From Promethearchaeota archaeon (GTDB taxonomy: Archaea; Asgardarchaeota; Lokiarchaeia; Sigyniarchaeales; SOKP01), in NCBI GenBank assembly GCA_030603385.1, contig JAUVXW010000003.1, positions 64,001 through 128,000 on the forward strand: a stretch of DNA of 64,000 nt. The letters run 5' to 3'. The notes below the pieces were generated by a model. It was given only the letters and a program-made list of their open reading frames with translations, ran no database searches and was not told the DNA's origin. The stretch's first letter is position 1; each line of letters starts with the position of its first letter. Both the position numbers and the translations under genes were made by a program. Shown here in pieces: positions 1 to 9,922 of the stretch.

Positions 1-39
1 TATATATTTTGGAAACAGATATTAAGGAGGTTGTAAACA

Positions 40-1185
40 ATGAGTAATGCAAACTTCCAAGAAAAAAGAATACTAACTACTGGAAATTCTGCATGTGCAG
101 AAGGTGCGATTACAGCAGGATGTTTATATTTTGCGGGTTATCCAATCACACCATCCTCAGAAATTGCTGCTTACATGTCAAGACGTCTTCCTCAAGTTAA
201 TGGAACATTTGTTCAAATGGAAGATGAGCTGGCTTCAATCACAAGTTGTTTTGGAGCTTCTTATGCTGGAAAGAAAGCTATGACTGCAACTTCAGGACCA
301 GGTCTTTCACTTATGGCTGAAAGTATAGGTTTGGGAATGATGTTAGAAGCACCAGCAGTTATCGTCACAATAATGAGAGGAGGTCCTAGTACAGGACAAC
401 CTACAAATGCATCTCAATCTGATGTATATCAAACGAGATATGCATCTCATGGAGATTATGAAATAATTGTATTAGCCCCATCTACAGTTCAAGAAATGTA
501 CGATTTAACCATACAAGCATTTAATTTGTCTGAGAAATATCGTATACCTGTAATTGTCGCTTCAGACGGAATTTTAGGACAAATGATGGAAGTTGTTAAT
601 ATACATTCAAATATTGAATTGGTAGAGCGTAAAAAACCTCAAGTTCCACCTGAGAAATATAAACCTTTTGAAGCTTTTGATGATGATCTTGTGCCTGGAA
701 TGGCAATAGCAGGAACGGACTACTCTTTTTATGTTTCAGGTTTAACTCATGATATAGAGGGTAATCCAGAAATGACACCAGAAGCGGCAGAAGTTCTCAT
801 TACACGGCTTTGTGAAAAAATTAGGAGAGCAAGACCTCAAATTAATGATTGGGAAGAAAAACATTTAGACAATGCTGATATCGTTATCTTAGCCTATGGA
901 ATTAATGCAAGAGGGGTGCCAGAAGTCGTTGAGCAAGCACGCCAAAAAGGATATAAGGTGGGACTTATCCGATTAAAAAGTCTATGGCCCTTCCCTGATG
1001 AATTAATGGAAAGAATTGGACAAATGGGGGCTTCAAAGGTTATCGTTTGTGAAATGAACAATGGAATGATGATTAGAGAAGTCCAGAGGTTTCGACATTT
1101 GTTTACTGTTTCTGGTATTACAATTCCTACTACTATTCCTTTTAGTCCTAAATTTATTTATGAGAAGTTGATGAAGGAGGTTTAA
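40..1185 (+). CDS. korA: 2-oxoacid:ferredoxin oxidoreductase alpha subunit (KorA-type)
   Basis: GYPITPSSE, QMEDE, TATSGPG and RGGPSTG motifs; AGGAGG RBS upstream. Confidence 0.9.
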   Translation: MSNANFQEKRILTTGNSACAEGAITAGCLYFAGYPITPSSEIAAYMSRRLPQVNGTFVQMEDELASITSCFGASYAGKKAMTATSGPGLSLMAESIGLGMMLEAPAVIVTIMRGGPSTGQPTNASQSDVYQTRYASHGDYEIIVLAPSTVQEMYDLTIQAFNLSEKYRIPVIVASDGILGQMMEVVNIHSNIELVERKKPQVPPEKYKPFEAFDDDLVPGMAIAGTDYSFYVSGLTHDIEGNPEMTPEAAEVLITRLCEKIRRARPQINDWEEKHLDNADIVILAYGINARGVPEVVEQARQKGYKVGLIRLKSLWPFPDELMERIGQMGASKVIVCEMNNGMMIREVQRFRHLFTVSGITIPTTIPFSPKFIYEKLMKEV

Positions 1186-1188
1186 AAT

Positions 1189-2055
1189 ATGAGTCCATCA
1201 GATCAAATATCAATCCCCCCTGAAGCACTTGGTCATCCCTTAAGTGATATGTTAAATTTACACCGATTCATTTTTTGTCCGGGTTGTTTAATTGGAACAG
1301 TAATTACATCAATTACAAGCTGTTTAAAAGAAAGAGGACTCACATCTAAAGATTATGCCATTGTATCTGGCATAGGATGTACTGGTCGATCTAGTGGCTG
1401 TTTTAAAGCACCTGCCTTCCATACTACACATGGGAGAGCTATACCTTTTGCGACGGGTATAAAATTAGCAAATCCTAAATTAAAGGTTATTGTTTTATCG
1501 GGAGATGGAGATCTTTTTGCTATAGGTGGGAATCATTTTATCCATGCTGCTAGAAGAAATATAGAATTAACTGTTCTCTGTGTAAATAACAATATATATG
1601 GCATGACTGGAGGACAAGTAGCCCCTACAAGTCAGATTGGCGACATCACTCAAACAACACCATATGGAAATGTGGAACCTCCCTTCAATTTAGTAAGTCT
1701 AGCAGCTGCGGCAGGAGCGACATATGTCGCTAGATGGCCTGCATATGACACACTTAGATTACAAAAAAGTATTTTTAAATGCATAGACAATCAAGGATTC
1801 AGTTTTATAGAAGTGCTTGTTCCTTGTTTTGTCCAATATGGTTCTAAAAATAAATTAGGTGATGCTGTAGAGATGATAGAATGGTTAAAAAAGCAAATTA
1901 GGATTAAGGTTGATTGTCCCCCTCATCAAGCAACTTTTGATTTCAAGAAAGGGATTGTTATATGCGGGGAATTTGTTGAAGAGGAGCGGGAAGGATTTAG
2001 CAAACAAATAGAGCAAGTTCGAATTAAAGCACAAAATAAGAAAATTATAAGATAA
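1189..2055 (+). CDS. korB: 2-oxoacid:ferredoxin oxidoreductase beta subunit (TPP-binding)
   Basis: FCPGC, SGIGC, HTTHGRA and GDGD...NNNIYGMTGGQ motifs; directly follows the alpha gene. Confidence 0.9.
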   Translation: MSPSDQISIPPEALGHPLSDMLNLHRFIFCPGCLIGTVITSITSCLKERGLTSKDYAIVSGIGCTGRSSGCFKAPAFHTTHGRAIPFATGIKLANPKLKVIVLSGDGDLFAIGGNHFIHAARRNIELTVLCVNNNIYGMTGGQVAPTSQIGDITQTTPYGNVEPPFNLVSLAAAAGATYVARWPAYDTLRLQKSIFKCIDNQGFSFIEVLVPCFVQYGSKNKLGDAVEMIEWLKKQIRIKVDCPPHQATFDFKKGIVICGEFVEEEREGFSKQIEQVRIKAQNKKIIR

Positions 2056-2065
2056 ATTTAAGATA

Positions 2066-4429
2066 GTGAGTGAAAATATGACTGAAAGTGCTGATAAACC
2101 TGGAATCGAACCTAACATTGGGGTTTTCCTATGTAAATGTGGAAAAAATATTGGTGGAACCATTGATATTGATCAATTAGCTAAAGAAATTGAAGGAGAT
2201 GCAAGAGTCAGACTAGTTCAAGTTAATACATATACTTGTTCTGATCCTGGGCAAGTAGAAATCGAAACAGCAATTAAAGAGCAAGGTATAGAGAAGATAG
2301 TTATAGCTGCATGCTCCCCGAGATTGCATGGTCCAACATGGAAAAAGCTTTTAAGACGAGTTGGAATAAATCCTTCGCTAGTAGAAGTAGCTAATATCCG
2401 AGAACAATGTAGTTGGGTACATCTTTCAGAGAAAGAAGAAGCGACTAAAAAAGCTAAAGAAATCCTTGAAATGGCAATCGCTAAAGCTGAGTTATTAGAA
2501 GCAATTGATGACATTATTGTTCCCATTACACGAAGAGTCTTAATCATTGGTGGAGGTGTAGCAGGAATTCAAGCTGCGTTAGATTTAGCTGATGATTATG
2601 AAGTTATTCTTGTTGAAAAAGCACCTACTATTGGAGGAAAGATGGCTCTCATCGATAAAACTTTTCCAACAATGGATTGTTCGATCTGTATTTTAGGTCC
2701 CAAAATGGCTGATGTAGGTAATCATGAAAATATTAATTTAATTTCATGTGCTGAAGTTACAGGTATATCTGGATACATTGGTAATTTTGAGGTTACAATT
2801 AAAAAATACCCCCGTTATGTAGATGAAAACCTCTGTACTGCATGCGGAGATTGCGTCTCAATCTGCCCTGAAAACGTTATTGATGAGTATTCTGGCAACT
2901 TAGGTTGGAGGAAAGCAATATATATCCCATATCCACAAGCAGTACCAGCTAGTTATATAATTGATGAAAAGAGCTGTTTAGGTCTCTCTCCTCTGGCCTG
3001 TGGAAAATGTGTTCCTGAATGCGAAAAAGAAGCTATAAATTATGAGGATTCCGAAAAAATCTTTAATTATAAAGTCGGAACCATTATTATCGCAGTAGGC
3101 TTTGAACTTTTTGATGCCTCTAAACTCCCAGAATATGGATGGGGTAATTATTCTAACGTTATAACAACCTTTGAATTCGAAAGGTTAATAAATGCTGCAG
3201 GACCAACAAATGGAGAACTTATACGTCCAAGTGATCTTAAGAAGCCAAAAAAAGTTGCTTTTATTAATTGTGTAGGATCGCGTGATAAGAGATTTAATCC
3301 ATACTGTTCTAACTTCTGTTGTATGGAAAGTATAAAGAATAGCCTTTTAATTAAAGAACATTGGCCTGATGTTGAGGTTACAATATTCTTTATTGATATT
3401 AGGGCTTTTGGTAAAGGATTTGAAGAACTTTATTCACGGTCAAGAGAAGAGGGTGTTCTATTTATACGTGGGCGTCCTGGTCAGATCAAAGAAAAAACCA
3501 TCACTAATAATCTTATTGTCAATGTTGAAAATATAAACACTGGAACAATCCTCTCTGAAGAATTTGAGTTAGTAGTCCTTTCTATAGGAGTTGAAGGGTC
3601 ATCAGAATCTATCCCCTTTCCTATTGCTAAGGATTCAAATGGATTTTACATTGAAGCACATCCAAAGCTTCGACCAGTAGATACTCCAACTGATGGTATT
3701 TTCATTGCTGGTGGGGCAGAATCACCAAAAGATATTAGAGAAACTGTTACACAAGCTAGTGCTGCAGCAGGACGCTGTAGAAATTTGCTTTCAAAAGAAG
3801 AGTTCCATGTAGAACCTTTATATGCATTTGTGGATACAGATAAGTGTACTAGTTGTGGGACTTGTGAATCTCGTTGTCCTTACGGTGCTATTAGTGTTGA
3901 TCAAGAAAAAAAAACACCTGCACGAATTATTCCCGTGTTATGTAAAGGTTGTGGAACATGTGCAGCAGATTGCCCTACAAATGCTATTACCATGACAAAT
4001 TTTACAGATACCATGATCCTCAGACAAATTGATATAGCTCTTCGTGAAAATGCCTCAGAAAAAGTATTGATTTTTGCTTGTAATTGGTGTTCATATGCTG
4101 GAGCGGATTTAGCTGGAACAAGTCGAATCCAGTATCCAACTAATACGAGAATTGTTAGAACTATGTGTTCAGGACGAGTAAATGTTTCTTTTATTAAACA
4201 CTGTTTTAACCGCGGAGCTGGAGCTGTTATGTTGACTGGATGCCATCCACAAGATTGTCATTATATTTCTGGAAATGATTTTGCCATAAAGCGAGAAAAA
4301 AGAATTAGAAGCTGGATGAAGAAAAATAATATTTCTGATGAGAAATTTGTCATTGAATGGATCTCTGCAGCAGAAGGAAAAAAATTTGCCGATGTAATCT
4401 CGCAAGTAAGTAAAATAGCTTTAAAATAA
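2066..4429 (+). CDS. hdrA: Heterodisulfide reductase subunit A-like flavoprotein fused to a C-terminal MvhD ([2Fe-2S]) domain
   Basis: CxCG N-terminus, ANIREQCSWVH, GGGVAG, DKTFPTMDCSIC, CVGSRD/YCSNFCC and two ferredoxin modules; C-terminal FACNWCSYAGAD...MCSGRV...GCHPQDCHY is MvhD. Confidence 0.92.
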   Translation: MSENMTESADKPGIEPNIGVFLCKCGKNIGGTIDIDQLAKEIEGDARVRLVQVNTYTCSDPGQVEIETAIKEQGIEKIVIAACSPRLHGPTWKKLLRRVGINPSLVEVANIREQCSWVHLSEKEEATKKAKEILEMAIAKAELLEAIDDIIVPITRRVLIIGGGVAGIQAALDLADDYEVILVEKAPTIGGKMALIDKTFPTMDCSICILGPKMADVGNHENINLISCAEVTGISGYIGNFEVTIKKYPRYVDENLCTACGDCVSICPENVIDEYSGNLGWRKAIYIPYPQAVPASYIIDEKSCLGLSPLACGKCVPECEKEAINYEDSEKIFNYKVGTIIIAVGFELFDASKLPEYGWGNYSNVITTFEFERLINAAGPTNGELIRPSDLKKPKKVAFINCVGSRDKRFNPYCSNFCCMESIKNSLLIKEHWPDVEVTIFFIDIRAFGKGFEELYSRSREEGVLFIRGRPGQIKEKTITNNLIVNVENINTGTILSEEFELVVLSIGVEGSSESIPFPIAKDSNGFYIEAHPKLRPVDTPTDGIFIAGGAESPKDIRETVTQASAAAGRCRNLLSKEEFHVEPLYAFVDTDKCTSCGTCESRCPYGAISVDQEKKTPARIIPVLCKGCGTCAADCPTNAITMTNFTDTMILRQIDIALRENASEKVLIFACNWCSYAGADLAGTSRIQYPTNTRIVRTMCSGRVNVSFIKHCFNRGAGAVMLTGCHPQDCHYISGNDFAIKREKRIRSWMKKNNISDEKFVIEWISAAEGKKFADVISQVSKIALK

Positions 4430-4796
4430 ATATTTATTTCTTGAAAAATCTTTGATATTTAATTGAGAACAGCCTTGTTCAGTCATTAAATCGAAAAATG
4501 AACTAGATAATTAATTTTTTAAGATTTTATTCTTTCTGAAATTGTCCATAATAAAATTTAAATGTAATGGGATAACACACCCACCATTTTTTCACTTAAG
4601 TTAAGATTTAAAATGAAAAATTTTAAATAACAAGTCTTCAAATATTTCAATCACCGTAAGCCTTGAAATTTTTTTAAAGTTTCAAGAATTTCTTACCAAT
4701 GTTCTAAATATATCATTCTTTCCACGCGGAAAATAATGAATTTTTAAGAACTAAAAACCAAATATTTACAAAAAAAAAAAATGAGTTGATAAAAAA

Positions 4797-6908
4797 ATGA
4801 ATAAAAAACAATTAACCGCATTACTAGTAGTCTTAGTGTTTATAAATGTTGCTAGTGTTGGAACATTTTTAGTATCTGCCACAGCGAGAACAACCGAACT
4901 TCCCGAATACATAGCCGTTGACATTAATAGTGGTTTAGCGGGGAATGTAGCTAAGCCAAAAATAGCATTCAATTCTGGAGAATATAACTCAATAGCACAA
5001 CTCGAATCTACACCTCCAGTAGGAACGTCTGTTTATGACTGGTACTGTGATGCTCTAACAGATTATTCAGGTAATCCTAATATGACTCTTAGAAAAGTTA
5101 TGGGGAATGTTGAAATTTGGACACAAGATGATATGTCTTATCCAGAAGGTGATCCAAGAAATGATGATCCATACAACACTATGATTTCAGATGATATGAT
5201 AAATTATTTAGCCCTCGAATTTAATGAGGTAATTTACCCCACCGATACGGAATTCTTTGGAATACCACTTGATAGATGGGGTAACAATACTATTTTTGAG
5301 GCGTTGGGATGGAATCCTTCAGAATGGGAGTAGATTGAAACTGATAATCCTCAAAGAGTCATATTAAAGATTCTCAACGAGCGCGATGATAATTATTACG
5401 ACTATACTTATCCATATTATGTAGCTGGGTTCTTTGCTGATCTCTATGATGATGTTTATTATGATAGAAATATGATCCATCTTGATTCATGGAGATGGTG
5501 GCAAAGGTTGGGGGATGAAGGGACTCAATGGTTCCCAGAACGACAAGATCTAGTTGTCAATCGTCCGAATTTGTATGATGGAACTACAGCACATGAATAT
5601 CAGCATCTCATTCATCATGACCATAACCCTGATGATGAGCTCTGGATGAACGAAGGTTGTTCTACATTTGCCGAAATACTTTGTGGCTATCCCGTTGATT
5701 GGAGTAGCATTAACAGCTTTTTGGCTACACCTGATAATTCCCTCACTGACTGGGGAGATCAAGGAAATATTAACATCTTAGCTGATTATGGTCAAGTACA
5801 ATTGTTTGCTACTTATTTGAATGACCATTATTCTACCGATATACAATTCCTTTCGGAGTTTATTGGAACAGGCCTTCCTGGAATTGAAGGAATAAATGAA
5901 GCTTTAACTAATCTTGGACACTCAGTACAATTTGAAGATATATTTAAAGATTGGCAACTTGCTAATTTAATCCATTCTGGAGATGGATTATACAATTATA
6001 AAACAATTGATTTCAATGACCCCGAAGCTGGAGAATTGAGAGTTTATGAGCTAAAGGAAAAATGGCTTACAGATTTTCATGGAACCGATTTTGGAAATAC
6101 ATTTTCGATCCTCGGTTATGATACAGGCGTATCTAGAGTTGGCTCATATGGAACGGATTATGTCTTATTAAGCAAATTAAAATGGCAATATGACTCTGAA
6201 TTATTATTTAATGGAGACACTCATGCCTGGACACCACACTGGGATAAGGACGGTACAGCATGGTATTCAAGCAGTTCTGGACCTTTAACAGCATTAGATC
6301 TTTTTTTGGATGTAGACATAACTGGTGATTCAGTTTTAACAATTGATACTATGTATATTATAGAAGAAGGTTGGGATTTTGGTATTATTCAAATATATAA
6401 TGAAAGTTCAGGAGAATGGGTTTCGCTTGAAAATGCTTATACAACTTATGATAACTGGGGTACTACTGACGAAATTCTCGCAAGCCTACCAGGATTAACG
6501 GGTGATAGTGGTGGTTGGATGACAATGAATTTCGCTCTTGCAGGATTTTCGGGACCATCGACTATTCGTTTCCGTTATATGACAGATTGGGCTTATATGG
6601 ATCCTGGATGGTGGATTGATAATGTAAAAATCGATGAAACACCAGTGAATGAAGGTGATTATTGGGACCTATATGATCCACCGGCAACCTCTTTCATAGT
6701 AACAGTGATAAGACTGGATTTCTGGGAAGGAGAATATTATTTCAGCTTAGTTACTGAGATGGTATTGGATGCAAGCAATGACGGCACTATAGATTTAGCA
6801 CCCTTCCTTTCGTCACCTGGACCAAAACTTCGATATCCTGACATCATATTAGCGATTACTCCTCGTGTTGGTATTGCAGACTACTCATTCTCTGTAGCCA
6901 AAACTTAA
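4797..6908 (+). pseudogene. Secreted zinc metalloprotease (HExxH, immune inhibitor A/M6-M30-like) interrupted by one in-frame TAG at 5331-5333
   Basis: Signal peptide at 4797. ORFs 4797..5333 and 5472..6908 are in the same frame, joined by 46 open codons (IETDNPQRV...YVAGFF). AHEYQHLIH...WMNEG active site; InhA-like C-terminal RFRYMTD...GWWIDNV domain. Confidence 0.75.
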
Positions 6909-7035
6909 TGAAATTAATGAAATTTGTAAAACAATTTTAAATATTTTTTTTTATTATTTCTTGTTATTTTAAACAGAATAGGATAATTAGTATCTTAAAA
7001 AGCAAAAATCAAGAGTAATCACAGTTTATTAATAA

Positions 7036-7536
7036 AAATCTAAATATTTAGAATCTAGACCTCTTCTAGAGGGACGCAGAGCTGCTGAAATTCTATCAAA
7101 ATATTTCAAAGTGAACCTAATAATTGATGCTGCTATTGGAAAATTCGCAAGTCAAATAGATTTTGTGTTAATAGGAGTCGATAGTGTGTTGAGAGATGGG
7201 TCAATAATAAATAAAATTGGGACTTATCCCTTAGCGGTTATAGCGAAATCAAATAAAATTGATGTTTTCGCAGCAGGTGATTCTCATAAATATAATCTAA
7301 GAAGTCATTATGGTCAAGAAGTCATAATTGAAAAAAAGCCAAGTAATGAGATTTATGATAAAGGAGGAATTAGAAATTTAGAAATTCATAATTACTATTT
7401 TGATATTACTCCACCAGACTATATTACTGGTATAATCTCTGATTTAGGAGTACTGAACACACAAAAATTTGTAGAAAAAGTGAAAGAAAGCATACCAATC
7501 GAGTGGTTTAAATATTTTTTAAAAGATAATGGTTAA
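7036..7536 (+). pseudogene. 5'-truncated eIF2B-family / ribose-1,5-bisphosphate isomerase-like gene (C-terminal domain only)
   Basis: LESRPLLEG at 7048-7074 lies upstream of the ORF-track GTG. GVDSV...INKIGT and YFDITPPDYITGIIS motifs present. In-frame TAA at 7033 and no room for the N-terminal helical domain. Confidence 0.7.
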
Positions 7537-8783
7537 TGACTCCTAAATCGAAAACAAAAGAAAATCAATTAAAATATAACTCTATTGATGAAAAAGGTTC
7601 TGGTAAGTTGATTGAAGTAGATAACGCATATAGAATAACAGAAAGGCTGGCACTCCCTCGATTAATAGGTTCTGAAGGAGAGAAGAAAGCAATTGAAACT
7701 GTAGTTGAAGAATTTAAAAATGCAGGATACGAGTCAATAAATCGACATGAGTTTATGACTTCATTTAATAATTTAATTTACTCAAGATATATCTTTCTAA
7801 TACTAGGAACGGGATTGATATTATTAAGCCTCTCACTCTATATAAATCCTTTATTAACTTTAGGTCTAATTGCTCTAGCATTATTCCTTTCATTTAAAGC
7901 ACTTCAAACTGCTACTTCTACCAAAATAAAATTATGTAAAAATATGAAAAATAATTATAAGACTGAAAACATTTGGGTTGATTTGAAAAGTAAGAACTCT
8001 AGAGGTAAAGTAATTTTTATGGGGCATTGGGATTCTAAATCTCAAGTATTTCCAACGTCAACACGTATTATGATATTTTTAATATTCATATTTAGTTCTC
8101 TTATTCTTTATATGCTATACTGTATTTTGAGCCTTCTTAAAATTTTAATTAATTTTGAACTACCAATTTTGAACAATATTTTATTAGATGTGTGTATAAT
8201 TACTGCATTAATTGGAGCACTTAATTATTTTAACAAAACAGGAAATAATTCTCCAGGTGCATTCGATAATGCCGCCGCCGTAGGATCAATAATAGAGCTC
8301 GCAAGATACTATAAAACAGATCCAACTAACAATATTGATTTAACATTTCTAAGTCCCGGTTCAGAAGAGTTAAATTTAGGTGGCGTAATTAATTTTATCC
8401 ACAATTTTAAAGACAAGTTAAACAGCGAATCAACTTATTTCATAAACCTAGATCTTATTGGAGGCTCAGAAATAATTAGATTAACAAGTTCTTATGGAAT
8501 TCCACGAAAAAATTCTTCTAAAAAATTGAACGCACTGTTTTTAGTAAGTGCTAAAGAGAAACAAATTAAAATAAAAGATATATATTCTCCCACTGGTGTG
8601 TGGTCGGATTTTATGCCTGTTGTACAAGAAGGCTTTGAAGCATGCTGGCTCGGTTCTGAACCTGGTTTGAAATTTGTCCATACAAAGAGAGATGATATGA
8701 AATTAGTATCTAAAGAAGGTATTAAGAACATACTTACTTTATGTGTTGATGTCATTAAGAAATTAGATAATGAGTTTAAGTAA
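7536..8783 (+). CDS. Membrane-integral M28 family metallopeptidase
   Basis: GHWDS, GAFDNAAA, SEE, NLD, SDF and H metal-ligand motifs interrupted by two pairs of hydrophobic helices. Confidence 0.85.
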   Translation: MTPKSKTKENQLKYNSIDEKGSGKLIEVDNAYRITERLALPRLIGSEGEKKAIETVVEEFKNAGYESINRHEFMTSFNNLIYSRYIFLILGTGLILLSLSLYINPLLTLGLIALALFLSFKALQTATSTKIKLCKNMKNNYKTENIWVDLKSKNSRGKVIFMGHWDSKSQVFPTSTRIMIFLIFIFSSLILYMLYCILSLLKILINFELPILNNILLDVCIITALIGALNYFNKTGNNSPGAFDNAAAVGSIIELARYYKTDPTNNIDLTFLSPGSEELNLGGVINFIHNFKDKLNSESTYFINLDLIGGSEIIRLTSSYGIPRKNSSKKLNALFLVSAKEKQIKIKDIYSPTGVWSDFMPVVQEGFEACWLGSEPGLKFVHTKRDDMKLVSKEGIKNILTLCVDVIKKLDNEFK

Positions 8784-8924
8784 ATATCTGCTTCTTTCTT
8801 TGTTCAATTTATAATAAAAAAGCAAAATCTTGTAAAATTTTAATAATTAATGTATAAAACTTAAATTATTTTCCTAGATTTAATTTATAGATCTTAATTA
8901 TATATAAAAAAGAAGTTTTCTAAA

Positions 8925-9908
8925 ATGTTGACTCCAGAACAATTTAAAGAATTATTAAAGGATAATGTTATAAATCTTCGAATTCACGCTAGAGGTGGAC
9001 AAGGAGGTGTGACTGCTTCAAACTTATGCGTAGAAGCCTTTTATGGATATGGTGTTTGCCAACCTCTTTTTGGTGCAGAAAGAATGGGGTCTCCTACTGA
9101 AAGTTATGTCAGACTTAGCGCAAATGATGATCTTGTAAGGTCCAATGAACAAGTATATTCACCTCATTTTGTTTGTGTATTAGATCCTTCTCTTCTAGGT
9201 GAGATTAACGTAACCGCTGGTTTAGCTAAGGGAGGATGGTTAATTGTTAATACAACATTAAATCAGGAAGATATTCAAAATATTGTAGGCAGAACTGATA
9301 TAAATGTTGCTACTATTGATGCTACAAGAATCGCTTTAGAAGTTTTAGGCAGAAATATAACAAACACTATTATACTTGGCGCTCTTCTTAGGGTTGGACC
9401 AATATTTACGGTAGAAGCTTTAGCTGATGCGATTATGAGGCGTTTTAAAGGAGAGATTGCTGGAAAAAATGTAGCTGCAATTAAACAAGCAATCGAAGAA
9501 ACATGTGTTTATGATATTGGTCTTGATCCAGATCTTACTATGGATACAAAAATTCCATGGCAACAAGTATTTCCTGGGTTACCGGGCTTTAAAGAATTAG
9601 ATAAAGCAGGTGTTTGGTATTGCGATGAAACAGTTATAGAGATAGGAAGCAATCAAGTGAATACAGGTTCTTGGGGTGAATGGGACATGATTTGGGATGA
9701 AGAAAAATGTACAGATTGCGCTCAGTGCTGGTATATTTGCCCAGACTTTTCTATAATTAGAGAAAAGGGAGAGGATGGATTATGGCACATGAAGGGTATT
9801 GATATACTTCATTGTAAATCATGTCAAAATTGCCTTGAAATTTGTCCAGTTGAAGCTATTAGTAAAAGATTAAAACAAGGTCCGGCGTCATGTGCCGCAC
9901 CAGAATAA
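8925..9908 (+). CDS. Pyruvate/2-ketoisovalerate:ferredoxin oxidoreductase gamma-delta fusion subunit
   Basis: IHARGGQG and FGAERMG (gamma), followed by NTGSW, CTDCAQCWYICP and CKSCQNCLEICP (delta 2x[4Fe-4S]). Confidence 0.88.
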   Translation: MLTPEQFKELLKDNVINLRIHARGGQGGVTASNLCVEAFYGYGVCQPLFGAERMGSPTESYVRLSANDDLVRSNEQVYSPHFVCVLDPSLLGEINVTAGLAKGGWLIVNTTLNQEDIQNIVGRTDINVATIDATRIALEVLGRNITNTIILGALLRVGPIFTVEALADAIMRRFKGEIAGKNVAAIKQAIEETCVYDIGLDPDLTMDTKIPWQQVFPGLPGFKELDKAGVWYCDETVIEIGSNQVNTGSWGEWDMIWDEEKCTDCAQCWYICPDFSIIREKGEDGLWHMKGIDILHCKSCQNCLEICPVEAISKRLKQGPASCAAPE

Positions 9909-9922
9909 AGAGGTAGATAAAA

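Noticed and set aside
2066-4429. Possible selenocysteine recoding in HdrA/MvhD
   Set aside because: The ORF has no in-frame TGA; all ligand positions are Cys
5331-5333. Genome-wide TAG reassignment
   Set aside because: TAG terminates several genes at their expected C-termini (porA, crotonase, hydrolase, oppA, FadH-like)
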